Shown one piece after another: positions 40,551 through 50,759 of a stretch of DNA of 64,000 nt. Source of the stretch: an uncultured Gemmatimonadales bacterium (GTDB lineage Bacteria > Gemmatimonadota > Gemmatimonadetes > Longimicrobiales > Gaopeijiaceae); NCBI GenBank assembly GCA_963823035.1, contig CAWGKG010000010.1, positions 384,001 to 448,000 of the forward strand, read 5' to 3'. The position numbers were made by a program, and so were the translations under genes. How positions within the stretch are numbered: the stretch's first letter is position 1; each line of letters begins with the position of its first letter. Below the pieces are notes generated by a model. The model saw only the letters and a program-made list of their open reading frames with translations. It was not told the DNA's origin and did no database searches.

Positions 40551-41474
40551 ATGCAACTGGGGATCATTGGACTCGGCAAGATGGGCGGGAACATGGTTCG
40601 CCGCCTGGTGGCCCGGGACCACGACGTGGTCGGGTTCGACCTGGACGACGGCAACGTGGCCGAGGCGAAGGACGCCGGCGCACGAGGCGCCGGATCCCTC
40701 GGCGAGTTGGTGGATGCCCTCGAGCCTCCCCGCGCGGTCTGGGTCATGGTCCCCCACGGCGAGCCGACGCGGAAGACGGTGCAGGACCTCCTCCCGCTCC
40801 TGGACGAGGACGATGTACTGGTGGACGGGGGCAACTCCCACTACCCCGACTCCATGGCCCACGCCCGCCGGTGTGCCGAGGCCGGCGTGCACTTCCTGGA
40901 CGTAGGCGTGTCGGGAGGTGTGTGGGGACTCGACATCGGCTACTGCATGATGATCGGCGGACCTCCGGAGCCTGTGGAACGCCTCGATCCGATCTTCACG
41001 GCGCTGGCCCCGGAAGACGGCTACGCCCATGTGGGTGGCAGCGGCGCCGGCCACTTCGTGAAGATGATCCACAACGCCATCGAATACGCCATGCTCCAGG
41101 CTCTGGGCGAGGGCTTCGAGTGCCTGGACGCATCGGAGTTCGGCCTGGATCTGAAGCAGGTGGCCGGGGTGTGGCGGAACGGCTCGGTCATCCGCTCCTG
41201 GCTCCTGGAGCTGCTGGAGAAGGCCTTCGACGAGGAGGGCAACGATCTGGCCTCGGTGGGTCCCTGGGTGGACGACTCGGGCACGGGACGATGGACGGTG
41301 GACTTCGCATTGGAAAACGCGGTGCCGGTGCCCGCCATCGCCCAGGCCCTCTTCGAGCGCTTCGACTCCCGCATCGACCAGCGCTTCGCCTATCGCACCA
41401 TCGCCGCGCTACGCAACCAGTTCGGTGGACACGCGGTGCATGACCGGGAAGACGGAGGCAGCCATGCCGGCTGA
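40551..41474 (+). CDS. gnd: 6-phosphogluconate dehydrogenase, decarboxylating (short NAD-type)
   Basis: IGLGKMG, DGGNS, DVGVSGG, AGHFVKMIHNAIEY, ALRNQFGGH. Confidence 0.93.
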   Translation: MQLGIIGLGKMGGNMVRRLVARDHDVVGFDLDDGNVAEAKDAGARGAGSLGELVDALEPPRAVWVMVPHGEPTRKTVQDLLPLLDEDDVLVDGGNSHYPDSMAHARRCAEAGVHFLDVGVSGGVWGLDIGYCMMIGGPPEPVERLDPIFTALAPEDGYAHVGGSGAGHFVKMIHNAIEYAMLQALGEGFECLDASEFGLDLKQVAGVWRNGSVIRSWLLELLEKAFDEEGNDLASVGPWVDDSGTGRWTVDFALENAVPVPAIAQALFERFDSRIDQRFAYRTIAALRNQFGGHAVHDREDGGSHAG

Positions 41475-43011
41475 ACGGACCCAGGCGAGGCTCGCACTCC
41501 AGGACGCCGCACCGTCCGGGCTCGAACACGTGTCCCGGCCCGAGCCGTGCATGCTGGTCATCTTCGGTGCCGGCGGCGATCTGACGCATCGCCAACTCAT
41601 CCCGTCACTCTACGAGCTCGCCACCAAGGGCCTGCTGCCCGTTCCCGTGGCGGTGGTGGGGTTCAGCCAAGGCCAGCGCGACGACGCGTCGTTTCGCGAC
41701 ATGATGCGCGCCGCGGTCGAAGACGAGTGCTCTTTCCAGGAGCGGGTCTGGCACAGGCTGGCCTCTTCGCTCTTCTACGTTGCGGGCGACTTTCGCAGCA
41801 AGGCCGACTATGCCCGCCTGGCCGAGCGGATCGACGAGATCCGTGACCAGCATGGACTTCCCGACAACGTCCTCTTTCACCTGGCGGCTCCACCCTCGTT
41901 CTTCGACGACATCGTCGAGGGGTTGGACGATTCGGGGCTGGCCCGTAGTGAGAGCGGATGGCGCCGCCTCGTCATCGAGAAGCCCTTCGGCCACGATCTG
42001 GCTTCGGCGCGCGCGTTGGATCGACGCCTCGGCGCAGCGTTCGACGAGGATCAGATCTACCGGATCGACCACTTTCTCGGTAAAGAGACCGTACAGAACA
42101 TGCTGGTCTTCCGGTTCGCCAACCCCGGCTTCGAGCCCATCTGGAACCGCGACCACGTGGATCACGTGCAGATCACCGTGGCCGAAGAGCTGGGCGTGGG
42201 CACCCGGGGTTCGTTCTACGAGGAGACCGGCATCGTCCGTGACATGGTGCAGAACCACCTGCTCCAACTCCTGTGCATGACGGCCATCGAGCCACCGGTG
42301 CGCTTCACGGCCGACGCGCTACGCACCGAGACCGCCAAGGTCCTGGAAGCGGTCCAGGTCACCCCCTTCGACCCGGAGCGGGACGCGGTGCGGGGGCAGT
42401 ACGGCCCCGGATGCGTCGGAGAGGGGCGGGTCCCGGGCTACCGTGAGGAGGACGACGTGGAGGCGGAATCCACGACCCCCACCTTCGCGGCCCTCCGACT
42501 GACCCTCGACAACTGGCGCTGGGCCGGCGTCCCCTTCTATCTGCGCACCGGCAAGCGGATGGCGCGCAAGCTCACCGAGGTGGCCGTGCATTTCCGGCCC
42601 ACCCCCCACCGCATGTTCCGCGACGGGGATGGGAACGGCCCTTCGAGCAACGTGCTGGGGTTTCGGCTCCAGCCCGAGGAGGGAATCCTCCATCGGTTCC
42701 TGGCCAAACGCCCCGGCCCGGACGTCTCCATGGAGCCCGTCACCATGGACTTCGGATATGCCGAGGCATTCTCGGTGGACGAGCCGCCCCGGGCCTACGC
42801 GTGGCTCCTCATGGACGCCATGCAGGGCGACCAGCGGCTGTTCGCCCGGGCCGACTGGGTCGGGAAGGCCTGGTCTATCGTGGACCCCCTGGTGGAGCAC
42901 TGGGCGGAGCGTCCTCCCGAGGCGTTCCCCAACTACGAGGCGGGCAGTTGGGGCCCCGCCGGGGCCGACGCCCTCCTGGAGCGCGACGGCCGGAAATGGG
43001 GGAGCCTGTGA
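41464..43011 (+). CDS. zwf: Glucose-6-phosphate dehydrogenase
   Basis: IFGAGGDL, IEKPFG, YRIDHFLGKE, RDMVQNH, GVPFYLRTGK. Confidence 0.95.
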   Translation: MPAERTQARLALQDAAPSGLEHVSRPEPCMLVIFGAGGDLTHRQLIPSLYELATKGLLPVPVAVVGFSQGQRDDASFRDMMRAAVEDECSFQERVWHRLASSLFYVAGDFRSKADYARLAERIDEIRDQHGLPDNVLFHLAAPPSFFDDIVEGLDDSGLARSESGWRRLVIEKPFGHDLASARALDRRLGAAFDEDQIYRIDHFLGKETVQNMLVFRFANPGFEPIWNRDHVDHVQITVAEELGVGTRGSFYEETGIVRDMVQNHLLQLLCMTAIEPPVRFTADALRTETAKVLEAVQVTPFDPERDAVRGQYGPGCVGEGRVPGYREEDDVEAESTTPTFAALRLTLDNWRWAGVPFYLRTGKRMARKLTEVAVHFRPTPHRMFRDGDGNGPSSNVLGFRLQPEEGILHRFLAKRPGPDVSMEPVTMDFGYAEAFSVDEPPRAYAWLLMDAMQGDQRLFARADWVGKAWSIVDPLVEHWAERPPEAFPNYEAGSWGPAGADALLERDGRKWGSL

Positions 43012-43090
43012 GCAAGTCCCCCGTTTCCCCCGACGGCCACATGGCCTCGCTCTCTCCCGGCGCGCGGGCCGGCCGGGGGGACGCGGGCTC

Positions 43091-44122
43091 GTGACCATCC
43101 TGGCGGCCGACATCGGAGGGACCCACGCACGCCTCGCCGTCTTCGGTGGGCGGGGGCGGCGCCCCGACATGCTCCGGGAGCGGACATGGCCCAGCGAGGA
43201 GCACGACGGGCTCCTGCCCATCCTCCAGGCGTTCCTTGCCGACCAACCGGAGCGCCCCGAAGCCGCGTGCCTGGCCCTGGCTGGACCCGTGCGGGACGGA
43301 GTCTGCCGCATGCCCAACCTGGGCTGGGAGGTCCACGAGGCGGAGCTCTCGCGGGAGACCGGAATCGACTTGCTTTTTCTCCTCAACGACTTCCGGGCCA
43401 TCGCCCACGGGGTGCTCGTGCTGCGAGACGACGAGGTCGCCACCCTGCAGCCCGGCGTCGACACGCCGGGCCACGTTGTCGCGGTGGTGGGCGCGGGCAC
43501 CGGGCTTGGCGTCGCCGCGGCGGACCGGGGCCTCGACCCGCCGCGTGTTCTGGACTCGGAGGGAGGTCACGCCGACTTCGCGCCCCGCACCGACCAGGAG
43601 TGGGCCCTGGCGCGCTTCCTCGCCGCACGCTACGGGCGAGCCTCGTGGGAGCGGGTGCTCTCGGGCGACGGGTTGATGGACGTCTACGAGTACCTGCGCG
43701 GACGCGACGGGAGCCCCGAGGGCGAGGCGCTCCGGAACCCCGGCCCCCCCGCGCCCGCACCCGACGGGGGCGACGACGACGACCCTTCGGTGCGCATCAC
43801 CAGGCGCGCCCTGGCCGGGGACGACCCAGTGGCGGAGCGCGCGCTGGAGATGTTCGTGTCGGCGTACGGGGCCTTCGCCGGCAATGTGGCGCTGACCCTG
43901 GGCGCCCGGAGCGGCGTCTATGTGGCAGGGGGTATAGCCCCGCACATCCTCGACGCCCTGCGCGGCGGGGGCTTCATGGAGGCCTTCCGCTCCGCGGGGC
44001 GCATGCGCGACTACTTGGGGGAGATTCCGGTCCGGGTGGTGCTCAATGAGGACGTGGGCCTGTTGGGCGCGGCCAGCGCGGCGATGATGAACGGCCCCTG
44101 GAACGGCGCTTGCATCGGTTAG
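43091..44122 (+). CDS. glk: Glucokinase
   Basis: ADIGGTHARL, LAGPV, LLNDF, GAGTGLG, SEGGH, ERVLSGDGL, GVYVAGGI. Confidence 0.92.
   Translation: MTILAADIGGTHARLAVFGGRGRRPDMLRERTWPSEEHDGLLPILQAFLADQPERPEAACLALAGPVRDGVCRMPNLGWEVHEAELSRETGIDLLFLLNDFRAIAHGVLVLRDDEVATLQPGVDTPGHVVAVVGAGTGLGVAAADRGLDPPRVLDSEGGHADFAPRTDQEWALARFLAARYGRASWERVLSGDGLMDVYEYLRGRDGSPEGEALRNPGPPAPAPDGGDDDDPSVRITRRALAGDDPVAERALEMFVSAYGAFAGNVALTLGARSGVYVAGGIAPHILDALRGGGFMEAFRSAGRMRDYLGEIPVRVVLNEDVGLLGAASAAMMNGPWNGACIG
44099..44114 (+). promoter_or_regulatory. Sigma54 promoter for pfpI, inside the glk 3' end
   Basis: TGGAACGGCGCTTGCA. Confidence 0.78.
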
Positions 44123-44164
44123 GGGCATCGAGATTCTTCCCAGTATCAACGGAAGGTGAAGCAT

Positions 44165-44737
44165 ATGCCCGAACGCAGACTCGACGGAAAGCACGTCGCC
44201 ATCCTCGCGACCAACGGATTCGAGAACTCCGAGCTTCGCGATCCCCTGAAGGCGCTCACAGAGGCCGGCGCCACGACCCGCATCGTGTCCCTGCCCGGCA
44301 CCGCCGGGGCGATCCTACCCTGGTCGGTCGACGGCTGGGGTGAGGAGATCGCGGTGGACGCCACTGTGGACGAGCAGTCCCCCGACCCCTTCGACGCGCT
44401 GGTGCTCCCTGGAGGAGTCGCCAACCCCGACCAGCTTCGGATGAACGACGACGCCGTCTCCTTCGTCCGTCACTTCTTCGAGAAGAGCAAGCCGGTGGCC
44501 GCCATCTGCCATGGCCCGTGGATGCTGGCCGAGGCGGACGTGGCCCGAGGCCGGAAGCTGACGTCGTACCCCTCGATCCGCACGGACCTCAAGAATGCCG
44601 GAGCCAATTGGGTGGACCAGGAGGTCGTGGTGGACCAGGGTCTGGTGACCAGCCGGTCCCCCGACGACATGCCGGCGTTCCTCGACAAGCTCATCGAGGA
44701 GGTGGGCGAGGGCGTCCACGCCGGTCAGCACGCCTGA
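44165..44737 (+). CDS. pfpI: PfpI/YhbO (DJ-1 family) stress protein
   Basis: GFENSE, LPGGVANPD, AICHGPW, TSRSPDD. Confidence 0.92.
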   Translation: MPERRLDGKHVAILATNGFENSELRDPLKALTEAGATTRIVSLPGTAGAILPWSVDGWGEEIAVDATVDEQSPDPFDALVLPGGVANPDQLRMNDDAVSFVRHFFEKSKPVAAICHGPWMLAEADVARGRKLTSYPSIRTDLKNAGANWVDQEVVVDQGLVTSRSPDDMPAFLDKLIEEVGEGVHAGQHA

Positions 44738-44840
44738 TCGGACGGAGCGTTCACCGCGCAACTCCTGACCGCACGCGCCCTTCGTCTCGTTCCTCCTCAT
44801 CGTGCCCCTACCTGAGTCCCACCACCTGAGAGAGAGTCCC

Positions 44841-45044
44841 ATGTCAGTTGCCAAAGTCATCGAAATCAGCGCCGAATCCACCGAGTCTTTCGACGACGCC
44901 GTGCGCACCGGCATCGAACACGCCAGCAAGACCGTGAAGAACATCCAGGGCGCCTGGGTCAAAGACATGCAGACCAGCGTGAAGGACGGGAAGGTGACCG
45001 ACTTCCGGGTGAACATGAAGGTGACCTTCATCCTGGACGGCTAA
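44841..45044 (+). CDS. Dodecin family protein
   Basis: MSVAKVIEISAESTESFDDAV...AWVK...FRVNMKVTF. Confidence 0.9.
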   Translation: MSVAKVIEISAESTESFDDAVRTGIEHASKTVKNIQGAWVKDMQTSVKDGKVTDFRVNMKVTFILDG

Positions 45045-45537
45045 GGGAATCGCGGTTCGAATCCCGCGGCACCACGAACATCCGCACGGCGGATCGACCG
45101 GGAGCCCCGCTTCGTGGCCCTCCGGGTGTCGAGGCACCTGGGGGCCCCCGCCGTCGCGGGCATCATCCCGGGCTTCCCGAACCGCCAGTTCTCGAGTGCG
45201 CTACCCGCGTTCCTTAGCTGCCGTCGGCCCGGACCTCCTCCAACGTACGGCCCGCAGGCACCGCGTATCCTCCGGTGAGCTTCTCACCCTGGAGCCAGAG
45301 AGTGGCGTGTCCTTCGTCGAGCTGGCGGCTCATGGGCGCACGGGCTCGGCGTCGTTCCACGCCTGGAACGATCCTTGCGACCCTTGGAAGGTCCTGATCA
45401 TGTCCGCGGTTACGCCGAAGAACCGGTCCTACCAGGAGCAGCTGTACGACGATTGCGGCCGGCCGATCCACTGGCGTTCTTCCTCGCCACAGCCAGATCA
45501 ACCCCGCATCGATCGCGGGACCAACCGAGGAAAGAAG

Positions 45538-45910
45538 ATGGCATTGCTGAAGAAGAAGACACCCGGTGAGAAGATCGCCGAACAGGTGACCAAGAAGGTG
45601 AAGAACAACCCCAGAACCGCCGCCGCCGCGGGTCTCGCCGCAGCAGCTACGGCGGTGGGTGCCGCCGCCTGGCTCACGACCCGTCGGAAGGCCGACGCCG
45701 ACGCCGTCGCGCTACACGTCGAGTCGGATGGGGACGGAGCGTGGTTGCTCCGCCAAGAGGGGATGGACGAGCCCATCCAGCGGCATGACAGCAAGCGGCG
45801 AGCGGTGTCGGCCGCGCGTATGTATGCGCGCGAGCCACCGTCCCAGCGCCCTGACCATCCACAAGCAGAAGGGGGGCGTGAGCCGCCGCCATATCTATGC
45901 GGATGGGTGA
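45538..45910 (+). CDS. Small membrane-anchored protein with DUF2188-like C-terminus; frameshift near 45832
   Basis: Lys-rich N-terminus, Ala-rich TM, LHVE..GAWLL..HDSKRRAVSAAR / PSALTIHKQKG. Confidence 0.6.
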
Positions 45911-45981
45911 CGGTCACCACAAACCGGCCTGGCCCCGGACGTTTCGACTTTCGCGGATGTGAAATCCGACGGAGCCGACGG

Positions 45982-46647
45982 TCATTTCTCCACCACGACC
46001 CCATCGACGTCCGCACCCATGTCGCGGAGCGCACGGCTCACATCGGTGACGAAGTCCGGTGGACCGCAGACGTAGTGCGTCCCCTGCGGGTCGGCGATGT
46101 GGTCCTGGAGATAGGCACGGTCGATGCGGCGGTCGTCGTAGCCCGGCGCGGACCGATGGGTGCACGTGAGACGGCAGCGATCCCCCAACAGGTGGCGGAG
46201 CTCCCTCTCGCAGATCACGTCGGCCGGCGTCTTGTTGCTGAAGAGGAGGGTGCACCGCTCCAGATCCGCCGGGTCATCGATGTGACGGAGGATGGCCAGA
46301 AGCGGTGTGACGCCGGCGCCGCCCCCGATGAACGTCCCTGGTCCCTGGTAGGTGATGGCACCGAAGGCCTTGGACAGGAGGAGGCCATCGCCGGGCTTCA
46401 GGGCGTGGAGCTCTTCGGTCACCGCGTCGTGCTCCGGATAGACCTTGATGAGGAACTCCAGGGTGGGGGCGTCCACGGGCGAGGTCGGGGTGAAGGGTCG
46501 GCCCTCCTCCCGCAGACGGTCGGCGTCGACGGCGACCTCCACGCCTTGGCCCGGTTGATACTCGAACCCATCGGGACGCCCTACGATGAACTGCTTGACG
46601 TCGTGGGTCACGAACCCCATGTGGAGGATTTCAGTGCGGTACTCCAT
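45982..46647 (-). CDS. FNR-like FAD/NAD(P)-binding oxidoreductase (flavodoxin reductase-like)
   Basis: VTHDVK, RPFTPTS, FIGGGAGVTP, YVCGP. Confidence 0.88.
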   Translation of the reverse strand: MEYRTEILHMGFVTHDVKQFIVGRPDGFEYQPGQGVEVAVDADRLREEGRPFTPTSPVDAPTLEFLIKVYPEHDAVTEELHALKPGDGLLLSKAFGAITYQGPGTFIGGGAGVTPLLAILRHIDDPADLERCTLLFSNKTPADVICERELRHLLGDRCRLTCTHRSAPGYDDRRIDRAYLQDHIADPQGTHYVCGPPDFVTDVSRALRDMGADVDGVVVEK

Positions 46648-46758
46648 GGAAAGCTCCGGATCGGTTGAACAGGCGCCTGCCCCGAATGCCGCAGGGCCGC
46701 CCGCCCAAGTGCGGGAACGGCCCTGCGCTCCGGTCCGAGGTATGGACGGGATCGGCGG

Positions 46759-47184
46759 TCACATGCTCCAGTCGCGGAGGATCCGCTCCACTTCCTCGGC
46801 GTGACCGGTCTCGTCGGCGATCATGTCTTCGAGCATGACCGCGAGACCCTTGTCGCCCAGCTCTTCGGCCTGTTCCGCCCGCTGCGTATAGTCCTTCACG
46901 GCCTTGCGCTCCTCGGACAAGACGGCCTTCAGCATGTCGTGATTGCTCGACGCCTCAGGGACCTTCCGGGCATCGGTCACGGGCTCTCCGCCCAGCGCCA
47001 CGATCTTCTCGGAGAGGAACTCGGCGTGCTTCCGCTCGTCGGCGACCTCCGCGAGGAAGAACTGGTTGAGCTGGGGTCGATACGGTCCCGTGGCCTTGGC
47101 GGCGTACGTGATGTACTGGGTGATGGCGGCGAGCTCGCCCGCCAGATCTTCGTTGAGCTTCTCGATCAGGGTGTCTCTGTTCAT
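46759..47184 (-). CDS. Ferritin-like / bacterioferritin-like protein
   Basis: LNEDLAGELAAITQY, DERKHA, EERKAV..Y, DETGH di-iron ligands. Confidence 0.88.
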   Translation of the reverse strand: MNRDTLIEKLNEDLAGELAAITQYITYAAKATGPYRPQLNQFFLAEVADERKHAEFLSEKIVALGGEPVTDARKVPEASSNHDMLKAVLSEERKAVKDYTQRAEQAEELGDKGLAVMLEDMIADETGHAEEVERILRDWSM

Positions 47185-47243
47185 GGTCCTTCTTCGATGC
47201 GAGGTGACGGCCCCCGAAGCGGGGGTGTGTACGCCCTGAAAGG

Positions 47244-47259
47244 TGCAATGTCCGTACCA
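47244..47259 (-). promoter_or_regulatory. Sigma54 promoter
   Basis: TGGTACGGACATTGCA. Confidence 0.82.
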
Positions 47260-47407
47260 GGGGTTTCCCGGCTGCCGCAGCCGCCCCCTCCGCTGGGCGA
47301 GCCACGCCGTCGACGTCCAAGTCCCATGGATGGGCTGAGTTCTACTCCGCTGCATAGCAGCGGAAGCTTCTGACTCCATCGGCGGAAGGGAGAAGAAACC
47401 AACTGAT

Positions 47408-48949
47408 CTAACCGCACTGCTCACCCTGTCCACTGAATCGGGGTAGGCTCCCGAGGTCGACTTCGGGGTGTATCTCGCCGAAGCTGCGGATGCCCTGGTC
47501 CTCGGTGCGGCGGTAGATGCGGTGTCGACCGAGTTGGGAGAGATCGGTGACACCGGCGGCGGCGAGGAGGTCGAGGAATTCCGAGACGACCGTGCGGTGG
47601 TAATTGACGACGCGCTCCGCCTTGTCCTCGACCACGAGGCCGCGGCGGAGGTGGGGATCGAACGTCGTGACACCGGTGGGGCAGCGGTTGGTGTGACACT
47701 TGAGGGCCTGGATGCAGCCGAGTGCGAGCATCATGCCGCGGGCGGAGTTGCAGAGGTCCGCGCCGAGGCACATGGCCCGGAAGACGTCGAAGGCCGTGAC
47801 GACCTTGGAGGCGCCGATGATTCGGATGTCCTCCTTGAGGCCGTAGCCGCGGAGCAGATCCGAGACGCAAACGAGGCCCTCCTCGAAGGGCATGCCGACG
47901 TAGTTGGAGAAGTCGATGGGGGCAGCGCCGGTGCCGCCTTCGGCGCCGTCGACGGTGATGAAGTCGGGCGTGATGCCTTTCTCGACCATCTGCTCGCACG
48001 CGGCCTCGAGTTCGCGCCGGTTGCCGACGCAGAGCTTGAAGCCGACAGGCTTGCCGTCAGCCGCTTCGCGGAGCTGGGCGATGAACTCGACGAGGCCCGC
48101 GGGGCCGTCGAAGGCGGAATGGCCCGGAGGCGAGATGACGTCGGTGCCGGGCTCGACGCCCCGGATCTCGGCGATTTCTGGGCTGTTCTTCGCCGCGGGC
48201 AGGACGCCGCCATGGCCCGGCTTGGCGCCTTGCGAGAGCTTGATCTCGATCATCTTCACTTGAGGGCGCCCGGCCTGCTCCGTGAAGCGGTCGAGCGAGA
48301 AGGTGCCGTCCCGGTTGCGACAGCCGAAGTAGCCGGTGCCGACTTCGTAGACGAGGTCACCGCCCTGCAGATGGTAGGGCGAGATGCCGCCCTCACCCGT
48401 GTCGTGGAAGAATCCGCCCTGCTTGGCGGCGCGGTTGAGCGCGGTGACGGCGTTGCTGCTGAGGGCGCCGAAGCTCATCGCGGAGATGTTGAAGATGCTG
48501 GCGTCGTAGGGCTGCGAACAGTCGGGACCGCCGACGGTGACGCGGGGTGGCGCGGGCAGGCGCTCGGCTGGGAAGATGGAGTGGTGCATCCACTCGTAGC
48601 CGGCCTCGTAGACGTCGAGCTCGGTGCCGAAGGGGTGGTTTTCGTGGGTCTGGGTGGCACGCTGGTAGACGTAGTCGCGATGGTTCCGGTCGATGGGACG
48701 GCCGTCGGTGTCGGCCTCGACGAAGTACTGATGCAGCTCCGGGCCGATACCCTGCAGCAGATACCGGAAGTGCCCGATGAAAGGGAAGTTGCGCAGGATC
48801 GTGCGCCGGGTCTGGAAGACGTCGTAGAGGCCGATGAGAATAGGCGGGGCGATGAGGACATAGGCCCAGAGGACCGGTGGCCAGAGCCAGGAGAGGGCGG
48901 CGACGAGCGCCACCAGGACCAGACTGCCGACGAGGAATGGGTATTTCAT
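47408..48949 (-). CDS. FMN-binding glutamate synthase family protein (stand-alone, N-terminal TM)
   Basis: ISAMSFGALS, TGEGG, EIKLSQGAKPGHGG, DGAEGGTGA, GCIQALKCHTNRCPTGV. Confidence 0.9.
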   Translation of the reverse strand: MKYPFLVGSLVLVALVAALSWLWPPVLWAYVLIAPPILIGLYDVFQTRRTILRNFPFIGHFRYLLQGIGPELHQYFVEADTDGRPIDRNHRDYVYQRATQTHENHPFGTELDVYEAGYEWMHHSIFPAERLPAPPRVTVGGPDCSQPYDASIFNISAMSFGALSSNAVTALNRAAKQGGFFHDTGEGGISPYHLQGGDLVYEVGTGYFGCRNRDGTFSLDRFTEQAGRPQVKMIEIKLSQGAKPGHGGVLPAAKNSPEIAEIRGVEPGTDVISPPGHSAFDGPAGLVEFIAQLREAADGKPVGFKLCVGNRRELEAACEQMVEKGITPDFITVDGAEGGTGAAPIDFSNYVGMPFEEGLVCVSDLLRGYGLKEDIRIIGASKVVTAFDVFRAMCLGADLCNSARGMMLALGCIQALKCHTNRCPTGVTTFDPHLRRGLVVEDKAERVVNYHRTVVSEFLDLLAAAGVTDLSQLGRHRIYRRTEDQGIRSFGEIHPEVDLGSLPRFSGQGEQCG

Positions 48950-50637
48950 GAATCGTCACCTCGGATGTCCTGGAGCCATTCCTTCACCCGGGCCCTGGCG
49001 AATCCCCACGCCTGGTCCATTTCGATGCGGGGGGGCATCGTCAGCTCGCTGGTCGCGACCCTGACGTCGAGGATCGCGGGACCCTCTTCGGCGAGCGTCT
49101 CCTCGATGGCCTCGCGCAGACGAGTCGGCTCTGAAACGCTCCGTCCGGCGGCCCCGAAGCTTCTCGCGAGGAGCGTGTAGTCCGGGTTGAGCAATCCGGT
49201 CTCGTGCTCGGGATAGCCTTCGGCCTCCTGTTCCATCTGGATGAGGCCGAGGCGCTCGTTGTTGAAGATGACGGCCTTGAGCGGCAACTCGTACTTCACC
49301 GCGGTGAGGAAGTCGCCCATGAGCATGTTGAAGCCGCCGTCGCCGCACAGAGCGATGACCTGACGATCGGGAAACCGGAGCTGGGCGCCGAGCCCCGCGG
49401 GCATGGCGAAGGCCATGGAGGCCAGGTTGAAGGACAGGATGAACCGCTGCCCCCGCTTCAGGCGAAGATGCCGGGCACCCCACACGGTGACGGCCCCGGT
49501 GTCGCAGGTGAAGATGGCTTCCTCGCGAGCGCAGTCGCCCAGCAACGCGGCTACGGCCTGGGGATGGATGACGTCGTTGCTGCGGGTGACGTCGGCGCGG
49601 CGCGCCATGACGGTGTCGTCTGCGGCCTTTGCTTTTTGCACGGCCCTCAGGTGCGCGTCGTCCTCCTTGGCCGCGACACGTTCGTTCAGCATGGGGATGA
49701 CGTAGGCGCAGTCGCCGACGACACCGAGCTCGTTGGACGTTCGGCGGCCGATGGCCCGTCCCTCGATGTCCACACGGATGACCGGGACGTCCTCGGGGTA
49801 CCAGGCGCGGTAGGGGAAGTCGGACCCGAGGACGAGGAGGAGGTCACAGTCCTCCGCGGCCCGGATGCCCCCACGGGTGCCGAGAAGTCCGAGCCCTCCG
49901 GCGACCATCGGATCGTCGTGCGGCATCAGGTCTTTGCCCTTGAGAGAGTAGATCATGGGCGCCTGAAGACGTCGGGCGAGGTCACACATCTGGTCGGGGG
50001 CCCGCCGGCATCCCTCACCGTAGAGGATGGTGACCTTCTTCGCCGCGTCGATCCATTGCATGGCGCGATCCAGGTCGGCCTCGGGGGGCAGCGTGCGGGT
50101 CTCGACAGGACCAGGCAGAACACGAAAAGGCACGTCGTCGACATCCTGGGTGCCGATGTCGTGGGGGATGGTGAGCACCGCCACGCCGCGTCCATAGAGG
50201 GCTGCATGACAAGCCTCGACGGCCATGCGCGGCATCTGGTCCGGGTTGGCGACCGTGGCGCGGTAGACGGCGACGTCGCTGAACAGGCGCTGGAGGTCGA
50301 CTTCCTGGTGGTAGTTGAATCCGATCTCGACGGACGGAACCTGGCCGGTGAGCGCGAGGACGGGCGCATGGTCCCTCGCGGCATCGTAGAGACCGTTCAG
50401 GAGGTGAATGGCGCCGGGGCCGACGGTACCCGCGCAGACGGCGAGTCGTCCGGTGAGCTTGGCCTGGGCGCTCGCGGCGAGGGCGCCGGCCTCCTCGTGT
50501 ACGACGTGGATGAACCGGATGCGGTCCTGCTTGCGCAGCGCCTCGATGAGCGGGTTGATGGCGTCACCGGGCACGCCGAAGATCTCACGGACCCCGGCCT
50601 GGTCGAGCGCGTCGAGCATCTGTTGGTAGAGTTTCAT
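48946..50637 (-). CDS. ThDP-dependent pyruvate oxidase/dehydrogenase (PoxB-like)
   Basis: GVPGDAIN, HEEAG, GPGAIHLLNGLYDA, GDGGFNMLMGD, FNN. Confidence 0.88.
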   Translation of the reverse strand: MKLYQQMLDALDQAGVREIFGVPGDAINPLIEALRKQDRIRFIHVVHEEAGALAASAQAKLTGRLAVCAGTVGPGAIHLLNGLYDAARDHAPVLALTGQVPSVEIGFNYHQEVDLQRLFSDVAVYRATVANPDQMPRMAVEACHAALYGRGVAVLTIPHDIGTQDVDDVPFRVLPGPVETRTLPPEADLDRAMQWIDAAKKVTILYGEGCRRAPDQMCDLARRLQAPMIYSLKGKDLMPHDDPMVAGGLGLLGTRGGIRAAEDCDLLLVLGSDFPYRAWYPEDVPVIRVDIEGRAIGRRTSNELGVVGDCAYVIPMLNERVAAKEDDAHLRAVQKAKAADDTVMARRADVTRSNDVIHPQAVAALLGDCAREEAIFTCDTGAVTVWGARHLRLKRGQRFILSFNLASMAFAMPAGLGAQLRFPDRQVIALCGDGGFNMLMGDFLTAVKYELPLKAVIFNNERLGLIQMEQEAEGYPEHETGLLNPDYTLLARSFGAAGRSVSEPTRLREAIEETLAEEGPAILDVRVATSELTMPPRIEMDQAWGFARARVKEWLQDIRGDDS

Positions 50638-50759
50638 GGAGAATCGTTGGGAGGGAAGAGGGAGGGTGGTGATCCTACCATGGGTGGTTTCCGGAAAGGG
50701 GCGGGAGCGCCACATCCTCGAGGTCGGCTGTCGCCTCGGCCTCGCGGCTCGATGTGCCG

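Noticed and set aside
45051..45074. tRNA T-arm-like sequence CGCGGTTCGAATCCCGCGGCACCA as a possible attR of the tRNA-Lys island
   Set aside because: Does not match the tRNA-Lys 3' end (CGGGGTTCGAGTCCCTGACGGGGCA), the acceptor strand is too short and no integrase is nearby
45196..46668. 490-aa plus-strand ORF
   Set aside because: Composite of non-coding sequence, the small 45538 gene and the antisense of the FNR-like gene
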